Under the pieces are notes generated by a model that saw only the letters and a list, made by a program, of their open reading frames with translations, ran no database searches and was not told the origin of the DNA. A DNA stretch of 64,000 nucleotides from a virus, in the IMG/VR virus record IMGVR_UViG_3300021963_000030; one strand, written 5' to 3'. Shown here piece after piece: positions 48,948 to 58,324 of this stretch. A program made the position numbers and the translations under genes. Within the stretch, counting starts at the first letter, position 1, and each line of letters begins with the position of its first letter.

Positions 48948-49616
48948 TTGGAATATATAACATTGATTAATACTATGCACCCAAATGTAGGAATATATAC
49001 GTGTTATTTACCAAACATACCAGATGAAATGGTTAATCTACAACGTCTGGTATTTGAAAAGTTTGGATTAAAAATTCAACAAGATAAACTTCCACCATTT
49101 GATCGTAATACCGATGATGAATTTGTAGACTTTCTTTATTATCAACACGTAGTAGATACATCAGATAAAGATTACATAATATTTTTTGATATCGATTGTA
49201 TACCGTTGACCAGAGACTTTTATGATATCATATACAACGATATGGTGAATGGAACTTTAAGTGGAGCTATTGGCTGTTCTAATCATATAAGTCCAAATGA
49301 ATCATATGTTCACGCGTGTTTTATAGGTTTTAGTATGAAATTATACAATGAATGTGGCAGACCTTATTTGGGACGTATAAATGGCGTTTGTGATGTTGTT
49401 GAACTTTTCACCAAAGTATGTAAAAAACTTAATAAACCTATAAAATATTGGGAAATAACAGACGAAGGTGATAAGTGTTGGCCATTAGCTGTTAGAAATA
49501 TGCATTTTGGCCATGGAACTATATATGAAAACATGATATATCATCAGTATCATGGTCGTTTGTCAGAATATCAAAAATTATTTATGGACAAATGTAAATC
49601 TGTATTGATGGACTGA
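48948..49616 (+). CDS. GT-A-like hypothetical glycosyltransferase
   Basis: IFFDIDCIPL (DxD), HACF, DV, FGHGT, YHQY. Confidence 0.6.
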   Translation: MEYITLINTMHPNVGIYTCYLPNIPDEMVNLQRLVFEKFGLKIQQDKLPPFDRNTDDEFVDFLYYQHVVDTSDKDYIIFFDIDCIPLTRDFYDIIYNDMVNGTLSGAIGCSNHISPNESYVHACFIGFSMKLYNECGRPYLGRINGVCDVVELFTKVCKKLNKPIKYWEITDEGDKCWPLAVRNMHFGHGTIYENMIYHQYHGRLSEYQKLFMDKCKSVLMD

Positions 49617-49654
49617 ACACATCAAGTTATTCGAGGTTTTATTCGACATTGACA

Positions 49655-49662
49655 TATTTATA
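49655..49662 (+). promoter_or_regulatory. TATTTATA motif, candidate late promoter
   Basis: 5 nt upstream of the ATG at 49668. Confidence 0.45.
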
Positions 49663-49667
49663 TACAT

Positions 49668-50174
49668 ATGTCTAAAATCAACGAATTGGGAGATACTGGC
49701 GATAGAATGATGCAAGGACTTCCTTATGGTCAAGGAGGCGCTATAACAGGTGCATCAAGTCTAGATACATTCAGTAGTCCAGACGTTACGCAAGATCCTC
49801 GTAAATTTGGAACACTAGATGACAAGAGTAAGTTGACCGCCAGTTCCAAAGATTCGGTTGAAAAGATTTCTCCATTCGCACCCTACACTGGACAAGATCC
49901 TTGGGATTATGTAAAAGACGTAGAAAACATCAAATATAAGGTTACACCAGACGAAGTAATCATGGGCATTGATTATGAAATGAAGAAATTAGTCTTGAAG
50001 GATCGTCAAGTAGCAAAAGCATTGGTTGTCAAGAATTTGAAGAAAGATCCTAAGTATTACAGTAAACTTCATATGTTGGGTGTTTATCCAGACGAAAAAG
50101 ATGAAGCACTTATGGAAATCATGACAATATTGAAAGCTCGTAAGTATGCTTTAAAACGTAACGAATATTATTGA
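49668..50174 (+). CDS. putative internal virion protein with DUF5661-like module
   Basis: MSKINE N-terminus; GIDYEMK...KNLKKDPKYYSKL resembles the module in 50963. Confidence 0.55.
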   Translation: MSKINELGDTGDRMMQGLPYGQGGAITGASSLDTFSSPDVTQDPRKFGTLDDKSKLTASSKDSVEKISPFAPYTGQDPWDYVKDVENIKYKVTPDEVIMGIDYEMKKLVLKDRQVAKALVVKNLKKDPKYYSKLHMLGVYPDEKDEALMEIMTILKARKYALKRNEYY

Positions 50175-50192
50175 TAGAACATAAATATTGTT

Positions 50193-50744
50193 ATGGAACA
50201 TGTATATACCGAGGAGAAGTTCGACGAAAATTGGTTTAACTACGCAGATGTCTATAAATCGATTGTAGAACAAGCAAAAGACAACAGTAAGTTTGTCGAG
50301 GTAGGATCATGGAAGGGTCGGTCGACATCTTACATGTTGGTCGAAATAATAAATTCGAAAAAGAATATTCAACTCACATCTGTAGATAATTGGTTTGCAA
50401 CTGGCATTTTTGATATATACGTCAATAACATGGCTGAGTTTTTGAAGAACCCAAATTTATATCGATATATTCGTGAATCGTCAGTTGACGGATCGGCTCA
50501 ATTTGAAGACAACTCATTAGACTTTGTTTTTATTGATGCTTGTCATTTGTATGAATGTGTTGTTCTTGACGTTGAATCTTGGTTACCAAAAGTCAAAAAA
50601 GGTGGTATAATTGCGGGTCACGATTACAACTTGGATGATCCTACCAACCCAGAACATGCTGGTGTAATTAAAGCAGTCAACGAACTGTTTCCGATGGACA
50701 AAGTAACTATTAAGGATACTTGCTGGATTTACCAAGTTATTTAA
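50193..50744 (+). CDS. class I SAM-dependent methyltransferase (Methyltransf_24)
   Basis: VEVGSWKGRST, SVDNW, FVFIDACH, KGGIIAGHDY. Confidence 0.92.
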   Translation: MEHVYTEEKFDENWFNYADVYKSIVEQAKDNSKFVEVGSWKGRSTSYMLVEIINSKKNIQLTSVDNWFATGIFDIYVNNMAEFLKNPNLYRYIRESSVDGSAQFEDNSLDFVFIDACHLYECVVLDVESWLPKVKKGGIIAGHDYNLDDPTNPEHAGVIKAVNELFPMDKVTIKDTCWIYQVI

Positions 50745-50751
50745 TATTTAT
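50745..50751 (+). promoter_or_regulatory. TATTTAT motif, candidate late promoter
   Basis: 8 nt upstream of the ATG at 50760. Confidence 0.4.
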
Positions 50752-50759
50752 TAAATATC

Positions 50760-50966
50760 ATGAGTAACAACTTTGCCAACTCACAGAAACCACAGTATAG
50801 AAGTCCATCCAAATTGCCAGCTGATTGGACTTATGTTGGTCAAGGTGGAAAACTAAACGATCCTATCATAGGTCACCCAGCAATGCATGGTCGTAGATGG
50901 ATGATTGATTATGGGTATGACAGTGGCAAAGGATTTCAAAAATTTCAGCAAGGACTTAAGAAATGA
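50760..50966 (+). CDS. small hypothetical protein
   Basis: 68-aa Gly-rich ORF; ATGA overlap with the next gene. Confidence 0.65.
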   Translation: MSNNFANSQKPQYRSPSKLPADWTYVGQGGKLNDPIIGHPAMHGRRWMIDYGYDSGKGFQKFQQGLKK

Positions 50967-52672
50967 AGATAAATTATTTAGGTGGCGGTAAAGGTGATCT
51001 TTTACCAACTGACAAAGTTGATCCCACTCAACTCAGCATAGGTGTTCAAGTTGAAATGGAACACACCAACGATCCAAAAATTGCGCAAGAAATTGCTTTG
51101 GACCATCTATCTGAAGATCCAGAATATTATACCAAGTTAATTAAAGCTGGTCTCGCAGATGAATTTGGTGGGTCTGCTGGGTCAGGTTTAGGAGATCCAG
51201 ATCAAAGTTTCAACGATCCAGCTAGAGTTGGTGAAGATGGTGTTACCCCAGGCAATATAAAGGGTAGTATCGGAGGCACATCTGATGGACAAGTAGCAGG
51301 AAGAGCAAGTATGCCAATCATTGATAAATCAAACAATCCATTTGATGGTGAGGGTAAACACAACAAAACTATCGATATACAACTACAAGAAGCTAAGAAA
51401 AAGAAGAAACCAAAGCCAACAAATCCCGCATTATGGGCTAGAGCTAAGGCAGCTGCAAGATCAAAGTTTGATGTTTATCCAAGTGCTTATGCAAATGGTT
51501 GGGCAGCTAAGTGGTATAAGAGCAAAGGTGGTGGTTGGAGAATGAGCGAAGACTTTGATGTAAGTAAGTTTATGCCTGGATCACCATCAATGTTTGGAAG
51601 TTTTGGTTTACCAGATAAAGATCAAACTTCTATTGATGTTAAAAATGTAGCAAACGCACTTAAGAATAAGTTGGTTAATGGTGCAAAAGAGCTGAAGAGA
51701 ATATTTTCAGAAGAACATTTTGAAACAAAAGAAATGTTGTCTATATTGCATAAAATTCATAACAATATAGAAGTTACTCCCGAACAAAGAAAGAAAGCAA
51801 CACAACAATTTTTTGATCTACTAAAATTGGTCGGTTTAGCAGGAGTATTTAAATTGACGTTTAAAATCCCGTTTAGTTCAGAAGCTATATATGGTGTAGC
51901 ACACTTACTCAACAAATATACAGGCATACAAATACTACCTAGTTCAATGATGCCTAAAAAGGTGAAAGAAGAAAGTGTTGTTAGTCAAGTATTTGATGGT
52001 CCAAGTCCAGCGGAAGCAGGCCCTGAAGGGCTTGGCACTTATGGTAGTGGATATGATTTTGTCGGATATGCAGAAAACAAAAATTACTCTATGAAAGAAA
52101 AACAATTAAAGGAATCGATTAAAAGAATCATTCGTAAACATCTTACTGAACAAGAAGGTGGCGACGAACCAGTAGAAGTTGGTGCTGATCAAGAATCAGT
52201 GACAATTACTCTTGATAAAGATCTTGCTAAAAAGTTGCATGATCTTTTAATGACACAACTTGCACCTGAACAATCAGGTAATTTACCATCAAGTGACCAA
52301 CCACAATCATCTGCTCCAACTCAAGATGATGATCAATTACCACCATCTGACAGTGAAGTAGAAACTGGTGGTGATGAAACCGAACAAACTCCATCAACCC
52401 AAATGTCATCTGATACAGGCGACGAAGGTGCTGATGAAGATGCTCTTGGTGAAATCACATTTGAACAGTCAAAGGAAATCGAAGAGACCAAGAAACAATG
52501 GATCAAGAATGCTATTAAGCCAGCCAAGAAGGGTGCTCTTCACAAACAATTGAATGTTCCAGCTGGACAAAAAATTCCAAAGACTAAGTTGGCAGCAGCT
52601 GCTAAGAAGGGTGGCAAACTAGGTAAACGTGCTCGTTTGGCTATGACTCTTAGTAAGTTGAAGAAGAAGTAA
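50963..52672 (+). CDS. modular mosaic protein (DUF5661-like module, basic modules, acidic linkers), putative internal head protein
   Basis: GVQVEMEHT...ALDHLSEDPEYYTKL; PTNPALWARAK...YPSAYANGWAAKWYKSKGGGW; WIKNAIKP..KGALHKQL; acidic spacers. Confidence 0.7.
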   Translation: MKINYLGGGKGDLLPTDKVDPTQLSIGVQVEMEHTNDPKIAQEIALDHLSEDPEYYTKLIKAGLADEFGGSAGSGLGDPDQSFNDPARVGEDGVTPGNIKGSIGGTSDGQVAGRASMPIIDKSNNPFDGEGKHNKTIDIQLQEAKKKKKPKPTNPALWARAKAAARSKFDVYPSAYANGWAAKWYKSKGGGWRMSEDFDVSKFMPGSPSMFGSFGLPDKDQTSIDVKNVANALKNKLVNGAKELKRIFSEEHFETKEMLSILHKIHNNIEVTPEQRKKATQQFFDLLKLVGLAGVFKLTFKIPFSSEAIYGVAHLLNKYTGIQILPSSMMPKKVKEESVVSQVFDGPSPAEAGPEGLGTYGSGYDFVGYAENKNYSMKEKQLKESIKRIIRKHLTEQEGGDEPVEVGADQESVTITLDKDLAKKLHDLLMTQLAPEQSGNLPSSDQPQSSAPTQDDDQLPPSDSEVETGGDETEQTPSTQMSSDTGDEGADEDALGEITFEQSKEIEETKKQWIKNAIKPAKKGALHKQLNVPAGQKIPKTKLAAAAKKGGKLGKRARLAMTLSKLKKK

Positions 52673-52673
52673 T

Positions 52674-54914
52674 ATGGACAAAGCATATCCGATCAAAATA
52701 GGAGGCTCCGAGTATATGATGAGTGGCTTCGGTGATAGACTGGGGACACCACCATCTGCTCGGGGCTTCAACCTTAAAGCATTTTCTTTGGGTCTCAAGA
52801 AATACGAAACTGTATATCAAGCAACCGAAGAAAATGGTTATGCTTTTATCATTTATGCGGATGGTGATAAAAAATTGATATTAAAAGGTGGTCAAGGATC
52901 GGATCATAAAGAAACTGTTATGGCAAGCAGTAAAGAACTGCAATCCATAAGAACAGAAAAGTATGCGGATCAAGATGACATGAACTTCTTGAGAAAGATA
53001 TGTTTGAGTGGTCGTGCATGGCTTGTTACATTAAAAGGTAAGAACTATTATTTTGTTGGTATTTGGAATACAACCATTACACAAAATCAGTATGATGCTT
53101 TGAAAGAATATCTCACTAAGTTTCCAGCGAGTGCTACATACATTCAAATGGGTATGGCGGGAACTGGACCGTCAAGTGAGTTTCAATTATTGAGTGGATT
53201 TAGTCCGAAGATTGCTTCCGAAAAACCAAAAGTTGCTTCTGATAAACCAAAACTTTCCAAGAAAGAAAAAGAATTTGTGAGAACCGCACACATGAGAGCA
53301 TCCGAATTACCCGCTGGTTACGCCAAACAATTACAGAAACTTAGAAATATGACTGAAACAGATACATTTATGTCGAATTATCAAGCATATGAAAAATACA
53401 AAAACTATGCATTGAAAATGATTCCTAAATTGGAAAAGATCAAAATGTTGGGTAAAGCAAAGACTGCGGCTCGTGATATTGTCACACAGAGTTCAGTCGA
53501 AAGCATCATCATAGGTCTTGGTAAGAATTATCCAGAGTTGACCAAGAAGCTTCAAAGTTTGTTGAAGTATTCATTTCATTATAGTGAATTGATCAAGTTA
53601 CACAATAAAGGAAAAATTGATTCTACAAATTGGAGAGATCCATCTATGGACGGTGTAATCAATGAAAATGCTGAGATGGCAAAAAGCGATTTGACCAAAC
53701 TAGTTGATTATAGTGAAAAACTACAATCGATGTTTGATGTTAACGATAATTTAGAAGATTGGGTAAAAGCCAAATTGAATCATGCCGCTGACTATGTTGC
53801 CACTGTAAGAGATTATTTGAAGTTCTATCGTGATGAAAAAGATGCGGGAACTCCAGACGATCAAATCGATGAAAAGTGGAGTATGAAATACAAGAGAAGT
53901 ATTGACTGTAGTAATCCAAAGGGATTTGGTCAAAAAGCTCATTGTAGGGCTAGACAACTGAGAAAGGCTGGTAAACATACAAAGAGTAAACCAGTCAGAG
54001 AGATTTATAAAGAAGTCACCAATCAGTTGTTGAACGAGTTTGATAGTTCAATGGCTATGGGTGCGTTGAAACAAATTAATAGTGATGCTAAAGAATTGCA
54101 ATCGATGTTGCAACCAGACACCAAGTTAGAGGATTGGGTAAAGGCTAAATTAAACTTGGCTGGAGAATACTTGGATGATGTATATCACCACTTGGATCAT
54201 TTTGGACCAGAAGGCAGAAAGTTGGACGAAGTAAGAATTGCTCGTGAATTAGAGGAAGGTTGGAAAGACTGGGTTGCTGCCGGTGCAATTGGTTTGGGAG
54301 CATTGAGTGGAAGCCCCGCTCTTGCCGCAAAACAAGCTGTAAAACCCGCAATCACAAAAGCAGTCACCAAAGGTTCAGAAGCTTCGTTATTAAACAAAAA
54401 GACCAGTGATTATATTGGTCAGTGGGAGGGTAGACGTAATGCAATGTATTTGGATACGGAAAAGAAACCCACGATTGGTATTGGTCATTATTTGAATAAT
54501 ACACAACAAGACCGTGATTTGTTTAAAGCATTGTTTGGTAATGCTGTGAACTATGACGCTGTTTTGAAAGGTAAACAAAAATTGACCGATGATCAAATCG
54601 AAAAATTGTTCAATGTCGATGTGAAAGTAAAAGAAAAATTGGCAAGTAGCAAAATCAACAATTTTACATCACTTCCACAATATGTCAAAAATGCAATAAT
54701 CAACGCATTTTATCGTGGTGACATGGGACCAAAAACAGTTAAGTTGATGAATAGTGGTAATTGGGGTGCTGCTGCCAAGGAATATCTAAATCATCAAAAT
54801 GCACGCAGTGGTCCAGACCAAATTCAACGACGTATGAAAACCAACGCTTTGGCATTTGCACAATTTGCTAAAAACAAAAGTGAGTATTTTGGATTTAACT
54901 ACGCAATTGGTTAA
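52674..54914 (+). CDS. modular protein with C-terminal T4-type (GH24-like) lysozyme
   Basis: E-x8-D-x5-T triad (WEGRRNAMYLDTEKKPTIGIGH); duplicated LEDWVKAKLN module; KWSMKYKRSIDCSNPKGFGQKAHC module. Confidence 0.8.
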   Translation: MDKAYPIKIGGSEYMMSGFGDRLGTPPSARGFNLKAFSLGLKKYETVYQATEENGYAFIIYADGDKKLILKGGQGSDHKETVMASSKELQSIRTEKYADQDDMNFLRKICLSGRAWLVTLKGKNYYFVGIWNTTITQNQYDALKEYLTKFPASATYIQMGMAGTGPSSEFQLLSGFSPKIASEKPKVASDKPKLSKKEKEFVRTAHMRASELPAGYAKQLQKLRNMTETDTFMSNYQAYEKYKNYALKMIPKLEKIKMLGKAKTAARDIVTQSSVESIIIGLGKNYPELTKKLQSLLKYSFHYSELIKLHNKGKIDSTNWRDPSMDGVINENAEMAKSDLTKLVDYSEKLQSMFDVNDNLEDWVKAKLNHAADYVATVRDYLKFYRDEKDAGTPDDQIDEKWSMKYKRSIDCSNPKGFGQKAHCRARQLRKAGKHTKSKPVREIYKEVTNQLLNEFDSSMAMGALKQINSDAKELQSMLQPDTKLEDWVKAKLNLAGEYLDDVYHHLDHFGPEGRKLDEVRIARELEEGWKDWVAAGAIGLGALSGSPALAAKQAVKPAITKAVTKGSEASLLNKKTSDYIGQWEGRRNAMYLDTEKKPTIGIGHYLNNTQQDRDLFKALFGNAVNYDAVLKGKQKLTDDQIEKLFNVDVKVKEKLASSKINNFTSLPQYVKNAIINAFYRGDMGPKTVKLMNSGNWGAAAKEYLNHQNARSGPDQIQRRMKTNALAFAQFAKNKSEYFGFNYAIG
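53724..54155 (+). repeat. intragenic domain duplication
   Basis: caatcgatgtt...ttagaagattgggtaaaagccaaattgaat versus caatcgatgtt...ttagaggattgggtaaaggctaaattaaac, about 375 nt apart. Confidence 0.85.
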
Positions 54915-54917
54915 TTT

Positions 54918-55271
54918 ATGGATGAATGGCCTGTCATGAATTCTGGGATGCTAAAAACAATGGCATCCCTTAATTCTATGTATAACCAAATTGGTTCTAA
55001 ACCCGTTTCTGGCTTTGATCCATATCAAACCATGGTCAATAGAAGAAAACGTCAGGAAGACCCTATTACGGACCAGGAACCAGTGGTTAAACAGCACAGT
55101 GATAGTGATATAAAGGCTTTGGAAGAGTTTTGTCAACAATATGGTATTCTTGGATTTAATTGTGGAACTATGAGTCCTAAAGCGGCTCTTATGTTTTTAA
55201 AAGCAAAAATGGGAGTGAGAGAGACCGAGAATACTAGTTATAGTCAGAATAAATCAATGTTATATGGATAA
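54918..55271 (+). CDS. hypothetical protein
   Basis: 117-aa ORF in operon context. Confidence 0.65.
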   Translation: MDEWPVMNSGMLKTMASLNSMYNQIGSKPVSGFDPYQTMVNRRKRQEDPITDQEPVVKQHSDSDIKALEEFCQQYGILGFNCGTMSPKAALMFLKAKMGVRETENTSYSQNKSMLYG

Positions 55272-55938
55272 AACAGATTGCCCACTAGATAAACTTGCTG
55301 AAGGAAATAATTTTGCCACTGATAAATCGAAGTTCGGTCACAACTTCAATAAATTATATCATAAATATTTTCAAGAATTACGTGATGATCCACTCAATCT
55401 ATTAGAGGTGGGTGTAGCAGCTGGTCACTCAATTCAAATGTGGGCCAAATATTTTACCAATGCAAAGTTGGTTTCATTAGATCACGACATAAAAGGTTAT
55501 CACTATCCACCAAATGATCGTATAACCATAGTAAAAGGAGATCAACGTGACACCAATTTACTAATGGACCTTCACACAAACCACGGTCCATTTGATATTA
55601 TTATTGACGACGGGTCTCATATTGATTCATATACTAAAACTACATTTGACACATTATTTCCGTTACTTAAATCTGGTGGTCTTTATATTGTTGAAGATCT
55701 ACACACATCATATCACAGTGTGGTTCATGGTATCGATAACACGCCTGACTTTATAAATCATGTCAAGGAATTGGTAGACTGTGTAAACTCACACGGTTAT
55801 TGTATGTCTGGCAACGTAGTAAATTGTTCCAAGAACGAAGACTATCAATGGTGTGAACATCGTAAAATGAAAGAAATGGATAAACTCATTGAATTTATCC
55901 ATTTCTACAAAAGTATTGTTTTTATCAAAAAGTATTAA
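55264..55938 (+). CDS. SAM-dependent sugar O-methyltransferase-like (MycE/ElmM-type)
   Basis: LLEVGV, GDQ, FDIIIDDGSH, LKSGGLYIVEDL. Confidence 0.85.
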   Translation: MDKTDCPLDKLAEGNNFATDKSKFGHNFNKLYHKYFQELRDDPLNLLEVGVAAGHSIQMWAKYFTNAKLVSLDHDIKGYHYPPNDRITIVKGDQRDTNLLMDLHTNHGPFDIIIDDGSHIDSYTKTTFDTLFPLLKSGGLYIVEDLHTSYHSVVHGIDNTPDFINHVKELVDCVNSHGYCMSGNVVNCSKNEDYQWCEHRKMKEMDKLIEFIHFYKSIVFIKKY

Positions 55939-56210
55939 ACTGCATCGATAATCTCAATCTTTGACTTTCTTAATTCAATAGGAAGTAACTCGTTCAATGG
56001 TTCCAAACAGTTTACACAGTATGGAATGTTGATAGGAATTAGTCCGTCTTTATCGGTTCCTGCGAGGATCTTACTTACCTTACGAAAGATAACACCGTTT
56101 TGAAACACAGTGTTCTTACATTCTGGACATTCTACTGCGGTTGTATCTTTGATTCCAAAGTTTTGCTTTGGAGCAGGCATATTCATGCCTTCAATTTTGT
56201 TGTTAAACAT
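55935..56210 (-). CDS. zinc-finger hypothetical protein
   Basis: CPEC ... CVNC pairs. Confidence 0.75.
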   Translation of the reverse strand: MFNNKIEGMNMPAPKQNFGIKDTTAVECPECKNTVFQNGVIFRKVSKILAGTDKDGLIPINIPYCVNCLEPLNELLPIELRKSKIEIIDAV

Positions 56211-56213
56211 AAC

Positions 56214-56615
56214 TTAGTTTTTTCCTTTTCTTTTTTTGTAATCTTCTAGAGCGGCTTGTAGGGCTTCATGAGCCAACACACTACAATGAATTTTGACTGG
56301 AGGTAGACCACCAAGAGCTTCAACGATCTGATCATTACTGAAGTTTTGTTCTAGTTCGTCAATTGATCTACCCTTGATAAGTTCAGTTGCCATGCTTGAT
56401 GCTGCTATGGCACTACCACAACCAAATGTCTTGAATCGAGCATCAACAACTTTTCTGGTTGTGTCATCGATCTTGAGACTAATCTTCATGATATCACCAC
56501 AAGCAGCTGCTCCTACTTCACCAATCGCATCAGCTTCTTTTATATCACCCATGTTACGTGGGTTGATAAAGTGATCCATTACTGTTTCGTTGTATAGTGT
56601 ATAAGACTCGCTCAT
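56214..56615 (-). CDS. iscU: Fe-S cluster scaffold IscU/NifU-N
   Basis: DHFINPRN, ACGD, FKTFGCGSAIA, LPPVKIHCS. Confidence 0.96.
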   Translation of the reverse strand: MSESYTLYNETVMDHFINPRNMGDIKEADAIGEVGAAACGDIMKISLKIDDTTRKVVDARFKTFGCGSAIAASSMATELIKGRSIDELEQNFSNDQIVEALGGLPPVKIHCSVLAHEALQAALEDYKKRKGKN

Positions 56616-56625
56616 ATACCTATAA

Positions 56626-57816
56626 TTATACCGTAAGTCCGAGTAAACTCAAGTCATTTTTACTCATCTTAGCGACTAGTTGTTCAAACGAAGTCTTTGG
56701 GGTCCACTTAAGATCTGTTCGTGCCAAGTTACTATTACCCAACAACAGGTCAACTTCAGCCGGACGATAGAACTTTGGATTGATTCTTACCAACACACTT
56801 GAAGCAGCTTCATACTTTTCCAAACATGCTGGTGTCACACTAAACTCTTCTGCAGTTCCATTACCATGCCAACCACCTTCAATACCAGCATGTTTGAATG
56901 CAAGTTCAACAAACTCCTTGATGGTGTGAGTCTCATTGCTGCTGAGAACATATTCTTTAATCTTAGAAACCAATTCTTTTTGAGCGCCCTTTGAAGTTTC
57001 TCCACTTCGAACGGTTTGTAAATCCTTGAGGTCTTCACGATATTGTTCTTGATTAAGCATACGCCAAATGCCATCTACAAAGTCTTCAGCGTCACTCCAG
57101 TCACGTTTAGCATATACGTTACCAAGTTCAATTGCGTCAAATGTCTTACCATTGACAAGTGCTTGTTTGATACGTGATACACCCTTGGTAATCTTACGAG
57201 TAACAAACTCTTCACCTCGACGGGTTCCTTCATGGTTAAACAATAGACCTTGAACAGCATACATGTTATAACTTTCACGATATACCTTTACCAATTGACG
57301 AGCAGCACTCTTACTAGCACCATATGGACTGCGTGGACGAGCTGGATGTTCTTCGTCTTGTGGGGTATAAGCTACGTTGCCGTATTCTTCACTACTACCA
57401 GCGTTGTAGAATCTACAAGATGGCTTGTGTTGTCGAATTGCTTCAAGAATGTGAATAATGCCAGTGGTATTACACTCCCAAGTTTGGGCTGGGAAATCCC
57501 AACTACTACCCACAAATGTTTGAGCAGCTAGGTTGATGAAATAATCTGGTTTGATTTGTTCAATTGTCTTGGAGATACTATGAGCATCACTCAAATCAAA
57601 ATTGATCAATTGAAATCGTGGATTACTTTCAAGATGTTTGATGTTCTCATGGTTCTTGATACTCAAACGTCTTGCACCACCAAAGATGGTATAGTCCGTA
57701 TTTTTCAATAGATAGTCTACCATGTGGCTGCCATCTTGACCAGTAACACCAGTCACAAAAACAGTTTTCTTGTCGTTCATAAATTTCTTAGCGTCTGATA
57801 TGTTATAGATTTCCAT
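56626..57816 (-). CDS. gmd: GDP-mannose 4,6-dehydratase
   Basis: TGVTGQDGSH, NLAAQTFV, SSEEYG, PRSPYGASK, FNHEG, FVTRKIT, RDW, FYRPAEVD. Confidence 0.97.
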   Translation of the reverse strand: MEIYNISDAKKFMNDKKTVFVTGVTGQDGSHMVDYLLKNTDYTIFGGARRLSIKNHENIKHLESNPRFQLINFDLSDAHSISKTIEQIKPDYFINLAAQTFVGSSWDFPAQTWECNTTGIIHILEAIRQHKPSCRFYNAGSSEEYGNVAYTPQDEEHPARPRSPYGASKSAARQLVKVYRESYNMYAVQGLLFNHEGTRRGEEFVTRKITKGVSRIKQALVNGKTFDAIELGNVYAKRDWSDAEDFVDGIWRMLNQEQYREDLKDLQTVRSGETSKGAQKELVSKIKEYVLSSNETHTIKEFVELAFKHAGIEGGWHGNGTAEEFSVTPACLEKYEAASSVLVRINPKFYRPAEVDLLLGNSNLARTDLKWTPKTSFEQLVAKMSKNDLSLLGLTV

Positions 57817-57824
57817 AAAACTAA

Positions 57825-58319
57825 TTAAGGTTGATCGTTATCTTCGTTTTCGTCGTCCTCGTCATTATCTAAATAGTCTTCGTCAACGAATGATTTTAAT
57901 TTATATTTTTTGTTAAACTGAATAATGTCGTTTTTAGTAATTTTATTTTGTGTCAAAAACAGTTGTGCGATAACCAATATCAGTTCTTTATTTAGTTTTT
58001 CTGAACTGACGATGTGTGTGAAATACATCACCATCTGTATGATTTTTTGTTTTAGTTTCTCAGGTAAGTTGTTAAACGGATCAATCTGTGTCTTGTTGTC
58101 GGACTTGTTGATTATTCCGGGTATTTCTTGATTGTGTAGTGAATTTTTAATTTGAAGAACAATCAACTTTTCCAACTGTTCATTGATTTCTTCTTCAGAG
58201 TTACAAGTTTCCTTCAACTTCTTTCTGATTTTGTTGATATCGGACTGTTTGACTTTCTTAGCAATATTAAATGCCACTAAAACTCCATGTTTAGATAAAA
58301 TGTGTCCAAATTCATTCAT
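57825..58319 (-). CDS. hypothetical protein with acidic tail
   Basis: 164-aa helical ORF ending DNDEDDENEDNDQP. Confidence 0.65.
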   Translation of the reverse strand: MNEFGHILSKHGVLVAFNIAKKVKQSDINKIRKKLKETCNSEEEINEQLEKLIVLQIKNSLHNQEIPGIINKSDNKTQIDPFNNLPEKLKQKIIQMVMYFTHIVSSEKLNKELILVIAQLFLTQNKITKNDIIQFNKKYKLKSFVDEDYLDNDEDDENEDNDQP

Positions 58320-58324
58320 GGTGG

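Noticed and set aside
52200-52480. Low-complexity Q/P/S/D/E region as a tandem repeat
   Set aside because: No periodic DNA repeat; it is an acidic disordered linker within the modular protein.
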